In this document: piece after piece, positions 6,944 through 15,887 of the stretch | Layout of the letters: every line of letters begins with the position of its first letter | Position numbering within the stretch: the first letter of the stretch is position 1 | Source of the DNA: Myxococcota bacterium | GTDB lineage: Bacteria; Myxococcota_A; UBA796; GCA-2862545 | NCBI GenBank assembly: GCA_039208735.1 | Contig: JBCCQY010000184.1 | Coordinates: 1 to 17,208 of the forward strand | Length of the DNA: 17,208 nt | Reading direction: 5' to 3' | Position numbers and translations under genes: made by a program | The notes under the pieces: model-generated | The model's database searches: none | What the model was told of the DNA's origin: nothing | What the model saw: the letters and a program-made list of their open reading frames with translations, nothing else

Positions 6944-8707
6944 GGCTGCGATCCAATCCTCGATTTGGAGTTCGAGCACATCCAGTGGAACGGGACCGTT
7001 CGAAAGGACCACTCGGTGGAAGTCGGTGAGGGCAAACCGGTCGCCGAGGGCCTCACGGGCTCGCTCCCGAAGTTCGAGGATGCGGATCATCCCGATCTTG
7101 TACGCGGTCGCCTGTCCTGGAGCGACGATGTAGCGCTCGATGGCCCGTACACAGTCGCCACGAGGATTCGGCGTATGGGTCACCAAGTATTCGACCGCTT
7201 GTTCACGGGTCCAGCGGCGATGGTGGATGCCCGTGTCGACCACGAGTCGGGCAGCGCGCCATAGTTCCATGGCGAGACGGCCCACGTCGCTCACCGGATC
7301 GGTGTACATCCCGAGTTCTTTGGGCAGGTACTCCGAATACAATCCCCAGCCTTCCCCGTAGGCCGCGTAGCCGTCGTAGCGCCGGAATGGCGGAAGGTCG
7401 TCGAGCGCCATGCTGATCGCGTTTTGGAGGTGATGGCCCGGAACGCCCTCGTGGTACACCAGCGCCTCAAGCTGGTAGGTCGGCATGTCCGTCATGTCTC
7501 GCAGGTTTGCGTAGAAGATGCCCGGCCGCGAGCCGTCGGGGGCCGCGCGCTGGTAGAACGCTTTGCCCGAACTTTGTTCGCGCCAGGGCTCCACCCGACG
7601 GACTTCGAGCGGGGAATCTGGCAAGCCCGCAAAGACCTCAGGCAACCTGGCTTCCATGTCCGTGACGTAGCGACGGGCGAGTTCGAGGTATTGCGCTCGG
7701 CCTTCGTCGGTATTGGGCAACGTGTAGGCCTCGGTCGTACGCAGGAAGTCGTACAGCTCGGGCAGGTCGCCCTTGATGCTAAGAGCCGGCATCAAGGCTC
7801 GCATCTCGTCTTGAATGCGCGCGACTTCGGACAGACCGAGTTCGTGAATCGCCTCGGCCGACATGTCGGTGGTCGTAAAGGCCGCCAGCCGCTCGGTGTA
7901 GAAGGCTTCGCCATCCGGAAGCTTCCACACACCATCGCGCGTATCGGGGTTCTGGGCCACGAGTTGGGCGGCCAGGGCGAGATAGGCCGGGCCAAAGTCC
8001 TCCTGCAAAGCAGCTCGAGCCTCGTCGAGGAGCGCTTTGGACCGTGCCGCATCGAGCGACAGCTTGGCGACCTCGCGCTCAAAATGGGCGAGCAAGGGGC
8101 TCGGCCGCCCCCCCGTGAACGGCGTGCCGTTGAGCAGCCTGGCGAGCGCGTCTGCGACGTGCGGGTACACGAATTTGGGAGGCAAGATCCCGCGCGCTTC
8201 TTGCTCGGCCAGAACGGTTTGCAACTCCGCAAACAACGGTTTGACGTTCCGAACTCGAGCGATCCAACTCCGAGCCGTGGCCTCGTCTTCGATGCGATGC
8301 ACGGTCATGAGAAACGACGGCACCCACGTGTGGGCTCCCCACATCTGATTGATCCGGTACCAATGGTAGAACCATGGAAATCCATCAATCGTTGCCTGCT
8401 GGCGCCGTTCGAAGAGCTGTACAGAGAGTGCATCCGACTCCGACAGTTCAACCTCATCAAACTGCTCATGAAGCTTGTCAAGCCAGCCTTGGGCCGCCAC
8501 GTGGCGTACTTCGGCCGCCGCATACGACATCGATGTCCACTGTGTGTCGTCATGAGGCAAGCCCAGGTAGGCCGCCTGCGTAGGGTGGCGCGACAGCTCA
8601 TCTTCGAAGACCGCTTCAAAGAACGCGTCCACGTTGACCACCGGTTCCGAGGCGAACTCGGCGGGGACCACGGACTTGGTACAAGCAAGAACAAAGAGCG
8701 TCAGCAT
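6914..8707 (-). CDS. DUF885 family lipoprotein (putative metallopeptidase fold), 597 aa
   Basis: Start reassigned to ATG 8707 (MLTLFVLA-C lipobox). Family motifs GVWKLPDGEAFY, TTTDMSAEAIHELGLSEVARI, DGSRPGIFYANL, HEGVPGHHLQ, AYGEGWGLYSE, RAARLVVDTGIH and ERYIVAPGQATAYKIG. Confidence 0.95.
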   Translation of the reverse strand: MLTLFVLACTKSVVPAEFASEPVVNVDAFFEAVFEDELSRHPTQAAYLGLPHDDTQWTSMSYAAAEVRHVAAQGWLDKLHEQFDEVELSESDALSVQLFERRQQATIDGFPWFYHWYRINQMWGAHTWVPSFLMTVHRIEDEATARSWIARVRNVKPLFAELQTVLAEQEARGILPPKFVYPHVADALARLLNGTPFTGGRPSPLLAHFEREVAKLSLDAARSKALLDEARAALQEDFGPAYLALAAQLVAQNPDTRDGVWKLPDGEAFYTERLAAFTTTDMSAEAIHELGLSEVARIQDEMRALMPALSIKGDLPELYDFLRTTEAYTLPNTDEGRAQYLELARRYVTDMEARLPEVFAGLPDSPLEVRRVEPWREQSSGKAFYQRAAPDGSRPGIFYANLRDMTDMPTYQLEALVYHEGVPGHHLQNAISMALDDLPPFRRYDGYAAYGEGWGLYSEYLPKELGMYTDPVSDVGRLAMELWRAARLVVDTGIHHRRWTREQAVEYLVTHTPNPRGDCVRAIERYIVAPGQATAYKIGMIRILELRERAREALGDRFALTDFHRVVLSNGPVPLDVLELQIEDWIAALAGTPAGKE

Positions 8708-8849
8708 CCGCGCGACGTAACACCCACCAACGGAGCTATTGCCGCCGAACGCGGCTCGACGAATCGCACCAGCCTGTCCCGGAAACCGACCATTCCCAGG
8801 CGCATGGGCCCAGCGTACAGCTTCGGCATTCCAACCATGGAGATTGCCG

Positions 8850-9527
8850 ATGTCCAATGCCCCTGTGTTTCCCTTGCGCCCAGTCCTGTCCGTGGCGGGG
8901 CTTGCCCTTCTGCTGAGCGCCTGCGCGGCCCACACCGCGCCGCAACTGGACTGGCTGCCCGACGCCACGGGTTGGACGGTTCGCGACGTTGACGAAAGCG
9001 AGCCCCCAACCTGGGTTGCCTACCACCGAGAGGCCCCGGAAGCTGACGTGAAGGAGATTCGCGTGGTCGGTCCGGTCGACACGACGCCGGACGTGACGAT
9101 GGCCGCCTTGCGGCACCGACTCCTCGATGAGGCCTACGTTCCGGATGGCCTGGAACTCGAGATTCTGTTCGAGTCCGAAGACGAGGTCGTCACGTATGGT
9201 CTCGCCCGCATGCCCTGGCCGTTCCGGGATCGAGAGGTGACCGAGCGCATGGTGTTTAGCCACGACCCCGAGACGGGGGAGTTCCGCGTTGATGTGCAAC
9301 AGGTCGACTCAGAAGACGAGGTCCCCCGGGGGGTGGTGCGAGTACCCTTGGTCCGCAACGCCTTTGTCGTGACGCCCACCGTAGACGGCACCAGCGTACT
9401 GACCGCGGACAGCGTGCACGATCTGGGGGGCTCCTTTCCCAATGGGATGGTCTATGGCCCAGTCCGCAATGGCATGATCGATCTGTTGTTCGAAGTCCGA
9501 GCGATCAGCCTGGACCTTCAGCCCTGA
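8850..9527 (+). CDS. START/SRPBCC-like lipid-binding domain lipoprotein, 225 aa
   Basis: Start reassigned to ATG 8850 (GGAG upstream). Lipobox LLLSA-C. START-type motifs YGLARMPWPFRDRE, VPRGVVRV and HDLGGSFP. Confidence 0.8.
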   Translation: MSNAPVFPLRPVLSVAGLALLLSACAAHTAPQLDWLPDATGWTVRDVDESEPPTWVAYHREAPEADVKEIRVVGPVDTTPDVTMAALRHRLLDEAYVPDGLELEILFESEDEVVTYGLARMPWPFRDREVTERMVFSHDPETGEFRVDVQQVDSEDEVPRGVVRVPLVRNAFVVTPTVDGTSVLTADSVHDLGGSFPNGMVYGPVRNGMIDLLFEVRAISLDLQP

Positions 9528-9552
9528 CGCGTCACGTCATACGATCCCGTGC

Positions 9553-10443
9553 ATGGACTGGAATGACCTTCGCTACTTCCTCGCCCTTGCACGAACCGGC
9601 TCCGTTCGCTCCGCGGGAACTGCCCTCGGGGTGAGTCACTCGACGGTGCTGCGACGAGTCGAAGCCCTCGAAGAGCAACTGGGTGCGCGGCTGTTCGATC
9701 GCAGCCGGGAGGGCTTCAACCTGACCCAGGCCGGTCGGGACATGTTGCCCGGGGCCGAGCGAATCGAAGCCGAGGCCAGCTCGATCGAGCGCAGCCTGCT
9801 CGGTCTCGACGCCCACTTGGAGGGCGAGATTTCGATCACCTGCGGGGATCCGTGGGTCGCCGACCTCGTCCTCGCCGAACTGTATGCATTCTGCGCGGAA
9901 CATCCTGGTATCCGACTCCGGATTGGGGTCGATGACCGGCAGTTCGACATGTCGAGGCGCGAAACCGACCTCGCCATCCGTGCCCTGCCCATCTCGAAGC
10001 AGCCCCCACAGCATCTCCTGGGGACTCGGTTGGCCGCGCTCCACATGGGGTCCTACGTCGCCGTGGCGCATCAAGAGCGCCTGGATCCCGACCTTCCCCA
10101 CCATCAAGCACGCTGGGCCGCGTTTGATGATGCAACGGTCCACCAAAACCTCGCCACCAAGACCCGCTTTGGCCACCTCGAGGCGTGGGGGGGCTTTTCG
10201 TCGTTGACCGTCCTCGTCTCCGCGTTGAAGCACGGGTACGGCATCGGTCTACTGCCTACCTATGTGGGCGACGTGGAAGCCGAACTGCGACGGCTCGAAG
10301 ACCACGACCTGCCTCACCTCGGCAACCTCTGGCTGCTGTGTCACCCCGACTTGCGTACGAATGCGCGCCTGCGGGCGTGTCGCCACGCCATCGTGGCGGG
10401 CTTCCAGCGACACCCCTCGCGCTTTACCGGCGTCAGTAGCTGA
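9553..10443 (+). CDS. LysR family transcriptional regulator
   Basis: N-terminal HTH MDWNDLRYFLALARTGSVRSAGTALGVSHSTVLRRVEALEEQLGARLFDRS...LTQAG. Effector domain HPGIRL...DMSRRETDLAIR...GYGIGLLP. 296 aa. Confidence 0.97.
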   Translation: MDWNDLRYFLALARTGSVRSAGTALGVSHSTVLRRVEALEEQLGARLFDRSREGFNLTQAGRDMLPGAERIEAEASSIERSLLGLDAHLEGEISITCGDPWVADLVLAELYAFCAEHPGIRLRIGVDDRQFDMSRRETDLAIRALPISKQPPQHLLGTRLAALHMGSYVAVAHQERLDPDLPHHQARWAAFDDATVHQNLATKTRFGHLEAWGGFSSLTVLVSALKHGYGIGLLPTYVGDVEAELRRLEDHDLPHLGNLWLLCHPDLRTNARLRACRHAIVAGFQRHPSRFTGVSS

Positions 10444-11446
10444 ACTCGCCGAGCTTCACCTTGCCGCGGAACGTCCAGTACACGATGGTGGTGTACGTGA
10501 TGACGAGCGGCATGCCCAACAGCGCAATGATCGCCATAAGTTGCAGGGTCGACTCGGAGGAGGAGGCGTTCGACACGGTGAGGCTCTCGGTCGGATCGAA
10601 AGCGGGCACAAGATTTGGGTAAAGGGCCGCGCCAAGCAAGAACACCAGGCAGACCACTACGAAGGTGGACGACGCAAACGCCCACCCAGCTCGTTCCTCG
10701 TAAATGCTGCGGGGAATGTTCATCACCGCAAGCACGTTGAGGAGCACAAGCCCCCAGGCCGCAGGGTACGTCTCGAGGTGACGGGTGACTTCAGGCCGCA
10801 ACACCAGGGTGGCCATCGAGACGAGCACGTACAGCGTGTTGAACACCCCAAACGTGCGCCACATGAAGGGCTTCACCTTGGCTTGCAGCTCCCCTTCGGT
10901 CTTCAGATACAGGTAGATGCTGCCGTGCATCGCGAACAGCGCCACCGACAGCAGACCCATGGCAATTGCATAGGGATGCAGCTGATCGAGGACCGACATG
11001 CGAATCACATGGTCCTGCATCTCGACGCCCCACACGAGGTTGCCGATGGTCACCCCCATCAGGAAGGTCGCGCCGAACGAAGCTACCGAAAACGCGGTAT
11101 CCCAGAAATTTCGCCAACGATCGGAGGCCACCTTGGACCGAAACTCAATCGCCGCGGCGCGAAAGATCAGCGTGACCAGCAGCAGCATGAACGCCAGGTA
11201 AAACCCTGAGAATACGGTCGCATAGGCTTCGGGGAACGCCGCGAAGAGCGCTCCCCCGAAGGTGACCAGCCACACCTCGTTGCCGTCCCATAGCGGCCCG
11301 ATGCTGTTGATGACCAGCCGATGCTCGGTGTCGTCGTCCGCCACGAACAGGTTGAGCATGCCAACGCCGAGGTCGAAGCCGTCGAGGACCGCGTAGCCGG
11401 CCAAGAGCACGCCTAGCAGCACGAACCAGAACAATTCGTAGTCCAT
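10433..11446 (-). CDS. cydB: Cytochrome bd terminal oxidase subunit II
   Basis: Motifs GYAVLDGFDLGVG, SIGPLWDGNEVWLVTFGGALFAAFP, IFRAAAIEFRSK, LTVSNASSS and YWTFRGKV. Coupled to cydA through a TGATG overlap. Confidence 0.97.
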   Translation of the reverse strand: MDYELFWFVLLGVLLAGYAVLDGFDLGVGMLNLFVADDDTEHRLVINSIGPLWDGNEVWLVTFGGALFAAFPEAYATVFSGFYLAFMLLLVTLIFRAAAIEFRSKVASDRWRNFWDTAFSVASFGATFLMGVTIGNLVWGVEMQDHVIRMSVLDQLHPYAIAMGLLSVALFAMHGSIYLYLKTEGELQAKVKPFMWRTFGVFNTLYVLVSMATLVLRPEVTRHLETYPAAWGLVLLNVLAVMNIPRSIYEERAGWAFASSTFVVVCLVFLLGAALYPNLVPAFDPTESLTVSNASSSESTLQLMAIIALLGMPLVITYTTIVYWTFRGKVKLGEFSY

Positions 11447-12843
11447 CAGCTGGCCCTCCGTCCGCCGGCCGCCACGTCGAGCAACGCCGGGCGTTCCTCG
11501 GGGTCGCCCCCTTCGGCAAGATCGTCATCGGGACCATGCAGGATTTTCTGCGACAACACAAACCACCACACGGCAAACAGCAACGCGTAGACGATGCCGA
11601 ACATGACGATGCTGGACAGCACCATCTCGGCGGTCACCGCCTCCGAAAGAGCGTCGGAGGTGCGCAGCTGGCCCGTGACGATCCAGGGCTGCCGGCCTGC
11701 CTCCGCCGAGACCCAGCCCAGTTGGTTGCCCGCGTAGGCGAGCAGGACCGCACCCACGTGCATCCAGAGGAAAGGTCGGAAGCGCGTCACCAGGTTCCGC
11801 CAGATCAGAATCAACGTCACCGTACTGCTCGCCAGGAAGAACACACCGATAGCCAGCATCGCATGGTAGGTTTGGAAGACCAGACCTACGTTTGGCCAAT
11901 CCTCGCGGGGCGTCGCATCCAGCCCCTCAATGGGCGTCTCAAAGTCACCGTGGACCAAAAACGAAAGCCCGCCGGGTACCTGAATGCCGTAGTGTACTTC
12001 ACCCGATTCCGTATCGGGAATACCAAACAGCCACAGCGGTGCCGGCCCGGACTCAAAATGCCCTTCATACGCAGCAAGCTTGGCTGGCTGGTACTCCGAT
12101 ACGGTCTCACCGGCCGAGTGACCTGAGACGAACGAGCCCATGACGGAAACGAGAATCAGCACCTGACCGATGAGAAACGCCCGTTTGGCGAACCACTCGT
12201 GTCGGTTGTGGAGCAGGTACCAGGCCGCAATACTCGCGACGAAGGCGCCCCCAAGAATGCCCGACCCTGCCCACACATGGAACAGTCGTTCGACAGAACT
12301 TGGGTTGAACACCATGGCCCAGAAATCTACGATCTCGGCCCGCGGTCCGAGGGGGCCCTCCACGATGTGGTAGCCCGCCGGCGTCTGCATCCAGCTGTTG
12401 GCCACGGTGATCCAGATCGACGAGAACACGCTGCCGAAGAACACCATGAGGGCGGCAAACCAATGGACCGGCCGCGACACGCGGTCCCACCCAAACACCA
12501 GGATGCCGAGGAACCCTGATTCCAGGAAGAAGGCGAAAATGCCCTCGGCCGCAAGGGCAGAGCCAAAAACGTCACCCACGTAGCGGGAATACACCGCCCA
12601 GTTCGTACCAAACTCGAACTCCATCACGATGCCCGTTGCCACGCCAACCGCGAAGTTCACGGCAAAGAGCTTGGTGAAGAAGCGCGCCATTGCCTCGTAA
12701 CGGCTGTCGTCCGTCGCCCACCACAAGGTCATGACGCCCACCAGGACCGCGCCAAGCCCAATGGTGAGCGGCGGGAACAAATAGTGGAACATGATCGTCA
12801 TCGCGAACTGCAGACGGGACAGCAGGAGGACATCGAATCCCAT
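11446..12843 (-). CDS. cydA: Cytochrome bd terminal oxidase subunit I (short Q-loop)
   Basis: Motifs SRLQFAMTIMFHYLFPPLTIG, FAVGVATGIVMEFEFGTNW, EGIFAFFLESGF, ANSWMQTP, RLFHV, QPAKLAAYEG, YHAM and EAGRQPW. GGAGG RBS upstream. Confidence 0.98.
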   Translation of the reverse strand: MGFDVLLLSRLQFAMTIMFHYLFPPLTIGLGAVLVGVMTLWWATDDSRYEAMARFFTKLFAVNFAVGVATGIVMEFEFGTNWAVYSRYVGDVFGSALAAEGIFAFFLESGFLGILVFGWDRVSRPVHWFAALMVFFGSVFSSIWITVANSWMQTPAGYHIVEGPLGPRAEIVDFWAMVFNPSSVERLFHVWAGSGILGGAFVASIAAWYLLHNRHEWFAKRAFLIGQVLILVSVMGSFVSGHSAGETVSEYQPAKLAAYEGHFESGPAPLWLFGIPDTESGEVHYGIQVPGGLSFLVHGDFETPIEGLDATPREDWPNVGLVFQTYHAMLAIGVFFLASSTVTLILIWRNLVTRFRPFLWMHVGAVLLAYAGNQLGWVSAEAGRQPWIVTGQLRTSDALSEAVTAEMVLSSIVMFGIVYALLFAVWWFVLSQKILHGPDDDLAEGGDPEERPALLDVAAGGRRAS

Positions 12844-12963
12844 GGACCCTCCATCGACACTCGATCCGTAAGCTGGTCAAAGGGTACGCGAGGGCTCGCG
12901 CATCCACCAGCGGCGCAGCGGCCGGTTGCGGCAGAGGCAGGGCGGGAGCGGCGAGACCGCCAT

Positions 12964-12990
12964 GCAACGCTGCGAATTGGGCAGGGTTGC
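12964..12990. promoter_or_regulatory. Inverted repeat GCAACGCTGC-N7-GCAGGGTTGC in the divergent cydA/M23 intergenic region
   Basis: Arms match at 9 of 10 positions, read directly. It lies between two divergent starts. Function is inferred only. Confidence 0.35.
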
Positions 12991-13033
12991 TCACATTCGA
13001 TACAAGCGCGCTTCGTGTTCACCTGGAGCCTGC

Positions 13034-13651
13034 GTGCTTGTTCGCCCTCTTCGCCTGACCCGAATCGACGGTGTGCTCTGGGGGGTGTTTGCGCTGTTGT
13101 TGCTGTGGGTAGCGGGATTTCGCCTTCCCGCCTGGGCCGAATCGCACGGGCTCGCTCACCACCGCTATCGCGAGCTGCCGGTGGCGCAGCACTTTGATTT
13201 TCCGGTGGGAGGCCCGAACGCAGAGGGCTTCCATCGAGCCCAACGGTTCGGAGAGAATCTGCACCTCGGCGAAGATTGGAACCGCGAAGGCGACGACGAG
13301 GCCGACCGGGGCGCCCCCGTGAAGGCGATCGCGACCGGCCGAGTGACCTACGCCGGCCACGCGGGGCCCGAGTGGGGCCACGTCGTTCGCATCGTTCACC
13401 ATCTGCGGCGCCACGGCCGTTCCTCGTTCGTCGAGAGCGTGTATGCGCACCTCGACCGCGTCGACGTCAAAGCCGGCCAGTCCATCGAACGCGGTGGCCC
13501 TGTGGGCACGATTGGCGATGCCGATGGGCGCTACGGACCCCACCTGCATCTCGAAATCCGTCGGGAACCCGATTTGCCACTCGGTCCCGGCTACAGCTCG
13601 CGCAATCGAGCCTGGCTCGACCCTACGGCCTTCATCCTCGACCACCGGTGA
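13034..13651 (+). CDS. M23 family (LytM-like) zinc metallopeptidase
   Basis: HLGED (HxxxD), GAPVKAIATGRV, SVYAHL, VKAGQSIERG and PHLHLEIR (HxH), with an N-terminal hydrophobic segment. Start reassigned to GTG 13034 (GGAG upstream); the ORF is open from 12926. Confidence 0.92.
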   Translation: MLVRPLRLTRIDGVLWGVFALLLLWVAGFRLPAWAESHGLAHHRYRELPVAQHFDFPVGGPNAEGFHRAQRFGENLHLGEDWNREGDDEADRGAPVKAIATGRVTYAGHAGPEWGHVVRIVHHLRRHGRSSFVESVYAHLDRVDVKAGQSIERGGPVGTIGDADGRYGPHLHLEIRREPDLPLGPGYSSRNRAWLDPTAFILDHR

Positions 13652-13685
13652 CCGAGGGGAGTACACGGCCCAGGAGGGAGGGCGC

Positions 13686-14297
13686 ATGTTCGTCGCAGGT
13701 TGGGCTTCGGTCGCCTTGGCGGGACCGTGGGGCCCTGTCGAGCCTTATGCGGTGCCCGTCGTCAATGTGAGCTTCGTCAGCGTCGAAGGCAACACGTTTG
13801 CGCAGGCCGAAGGGGGCGTGATGGGCGGCGTTACCGCGCGCTACCTCAAGGGACCCCGGTGGCGATCGGACTCGCGCCTCCGGGTGGTGGGAATCGCCGG
13901 CTTACCCAGCTTCTCGCTGGGCGGAGACCTGCGACTCGGCTCGTTCGTTGGACCGGATCCCAAGTGGGTGCGCTGGCAGGTCGGTCCCGATCTGTGGGTC
14001 AACGGCTACGGCGGCCCTGAATCCCCGGACTACAACCTGCCCTGGTCGCCGGGCCTCGATCTCAAAAACGTCCTTACGTTGAAGTTTGGCCGACCGCTGA
14101 ACCTCGTCTTTGAAGCGACACCAGGCTGGGCGCTGGTGCAGGCTCGCCAACAAGGCGGCGTCGGGCCCTTCCACGAACTTGCGCTTTCGGCACTCCTCGT
14201 GCTGCGCACGCCCGGCTACAGCCTCATCGTCGGGTACACGCGGCGCTACCAGACCTTTGGCGTCTTTGAAGGGCTCATCTTTCAGGCGGGGATTTGA
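13686..14297 (+). CDS. Hypothetical exported protein, probable outer-membrane beta-barrel, 203 aa
   Basis: ATG 13686 with GGAGGGAG RBS and signal MFVAGWASVALA. Amphipathic Gly/aromatic strands: GGDLRLGSFVG, WQVGPDLWVNG, LNLVFEATPGW, YSLIVGYTRRY, GLIFQAGI. Confidence 0.7.
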   Translation: MFVAGWASVALAGPWGPVEPYAVPVVNVSFVSVEGNTFAQAEGGVMGGVTARYLKGPRWRSDSRLRVVGIAGLPSFSLGGDLRLGSFVGPDPKWVRWQVGPDLWVNGYGGPESPDYNLPWSPGLDLKNVLTLKFGRPLNLVFEATPGWALVQARQQGGVGPFHELALSALLVLRTPGYSLIVGYTRRYQTFGVFEGLIFQAGI

Positions 14298-14802
14298 AGG
14301 GTCGAGCAAACCCCAACCCGAGCGTCGCGGCAAGCATGGGCTTCACCTCGCCCGCAACCACCTCTACGCCACCTTCGAGGCGCACCAACAGGCTCGTGTG
14401 CCGGGTTCGGCGGTAGCGAGCCATGAGGCCCACCGTCCCGGTGTAGCCCAGCGCTCGAGCGTCTTCCGAGCCTGCGACATCCGCCACGAGACCGCCCGAG
14501 ACGAACCCCTGCACGGATGCGACGAGCAGATCGACGCCGCGACGAATCTCGAGGGTCGGGGCGACCGAGACCCGAGCCGCGCGGGCCCGGAGCCGCCCTG
14601 TCGCGCCAAACCACCAGTGACGTCCAATGGCAAAATCGTCATCGTAGCGACCGGTCCACACCCCGGCCGACAATTGGCCCGCCACGGCGGCCGGTTCTGG
14701 AGATCCCGCCCAGCCGATACCTGCCGACCCGTCTACGGCAGGACCGGCTTGGAGCCGAGCCAACGAAGCGCCAAGCGCCACTGAGGTCCACCAAAAGAGC
14801 AT
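14275..14802 (-). CDS. Hypothetical exported protein, probable small beta-barrel, 175 aa
   Basis: Signal-like MLFWWTSVALGASLA. Alternating strands GQLSAGVWTG, WWFGATGRL, APTLEIRRG, QGFVSGGL, LLVRLEGGVE and LAATLGLGF. Fills the gap before the divergent hemE. Confidence 0.65.
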   Translation of the reverse strand: MLFWWTSVALGASLARLQAGPAVDGSAGIGWAGSPEPAAVAGQLSAGVWTGRYDDDFAIGRHWWFGATGRLRARAARVSVAPTLEIRRGVDLLVASVQGFVSGGLVADVAGSEDARALGYTGTVGLMARYRRTRHTSLLVRLEGGVEVVAGEVKPMLAATLGLGFARPFKSPPER

Positions 14803-14849
14803 GGCCCCGACCTTAACGGGCTCGGGTTACGCGGGCGGCTGGAGGACGA

Positions 14850-15884
14850 ATGGATCGTCACAGTCGGCTCGACGCCGCCCTTCGAGGCCAACCCGTGGAT
14901 CGCCCACCCGTCTGGTTCATGCGCCAAGCCGGCCGCTACATGGCTGAATATCGCGCGATCCGCGAGAAGGTGAGCTTCCCCGAACTGTGCAACAACGCCG
15001 ATTTAGCGACCGAAGTCACCTTGCAACCTGTCGATCGCTTTGGTGTCGATGCGGCGATCGTCTTTTCCGACATCCTCACCATCCCAGAAGCCATGGGCAT
15101 GGAGCTGGTCTGGGAATCCGGCCATGGGCCGCGTCTGCCCAACCCCTTGCGCAGCCGCGCTGATGTTGACGCGTTGGTCACCCCCGACGTCAGCGAGGCG
15201 TTGCCGGTGGTGCCCGCCACCCTCAAGCAGTTCCAGGCGGCGCGACCTGAAGTCCCGATTCTTGGCTTCGCAGGCGCACCGTTCACGTTGCTTTGCTACA
15301 TGGTGGAAGGCAGCGGCTCGAAGAACTGGCTCGAAGTCAAGAAGATGCTGTTCGGCGATCCCGATACCGCCACCCATCTTCTCAATCTCCTCGCCGACAT
15401 GGTGGGGGACTACCTTCAGAGCCAGGTCGAGGCAGGTGCGGCCGCAGTTCAGCTCTTCGACACTTGGGCCGGCGTCTTGTCGGTCGATGACTACGACCGC
15501 TTCGCCTTGCCCGCCGCCCAACGTGCCCTGGCCCGCGTTCGAGGGGCGCCGCGCATCTACTTCACGCGCGACAGCGCTCCCTTCTTGCGCCGCCTCGCGC
15601 AGACCGAAGCCGACGTCATTGGGCTCGACTGGCGGGTCGAGATGCCCCACGCGCGCGAGACCCTAGGCCGTCTGCCGGTTCAGGGCAATCTGGACCCCGT
15701 GGCCTTGTACGCCCCCCCAGAAGACATCCGGGCTCGCGTACACCGCATTTGCGCCCAGGCCGGGCCCGTGGGGCACGTGTTCAACCTGGGCCACGGCGTG
15801 TTGCCCACCACCCCCATCGAAGGGGTGGAAGCGATGATCGCCGCGGTCAAGGAACTCGAGAAGGACACCGCAGCGGAAGAATAG
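14850..15884 (+). CDS. hemE: Uroporphyrinogen decarboxylase
   Basis: PPVWFMRQAGRYMAEYR signature, DAAIVFSDIL, LGFAGAPFTLLCYMVEG, VQLFDTW, VQGNLDP and HVFNLGHGVLP. GGAGG RBS. Confidence 0.98.
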   Translation: MDRHSRLDAALRGQPVDRPPVWFMRQAGRYMAEYRAIREKVSFPELCNNADLATEVTLQPVDRFGVDAAIVFSDILTIPEAMGMELVWESGHGPRLPNPLRSRADVDALVTPDVSEALPVVPATLKQFQAARPEVPILGFAGAPFTLLCYMVEGSGSKNWLEVKKMLFGDPDTATHLLNLLADMVGDYLQSQVEAGAAAVQLFDTWAGVLSVDDYDRFALPAAQRALARVRGAPRIYFTRDSAPFLRRLAQTEADVIGLDWRVEMPHARETLGRLPVQGNLDPVALYAPPEDIRARVHRICAQAGPVGHVFNLGHGVLPTTPIEGVEAMIAAVKELEKDTAAEE

Positions 15885-15887
15885 GCC

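Noticed and set aside
7424..8992. 522-aa plus-strand ORF
   Set aside because: Antisense shadow of DUF885; long stop-free antisense frames are expected at high GC. No motifs.
11880..12110. Somewhat more AT-rich patch within cydA (Q-loop region)
   Set aside because: The frame and motifs are intact and there are no boundaries or repeats suggesting an insertion. Not quantifiable by eye.
10262..12126. Plus-strand ORFs of 315 and 196 aa
   Set aside because: Antisense to cydB and cydA. His/Gln/Arg-rich, as is typical for the reverse of membrane-protein genes.
12844..13033. FNR/CRP site or small cyd subunit ORF upstream of cydA
   Set aside because: Only an isolated TCACA half-site is present, and no short hydrophobic ORF with an RBS was found.
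14110..14784. 224-aa plus-strand ORF between the barrel gene and hemE
   Set aside because: Overlaps the preceding gene by ~190 bp and is Arg/Pro-rich. The minus-strand 175-aa ORF has a signal peptide and strand pattern.
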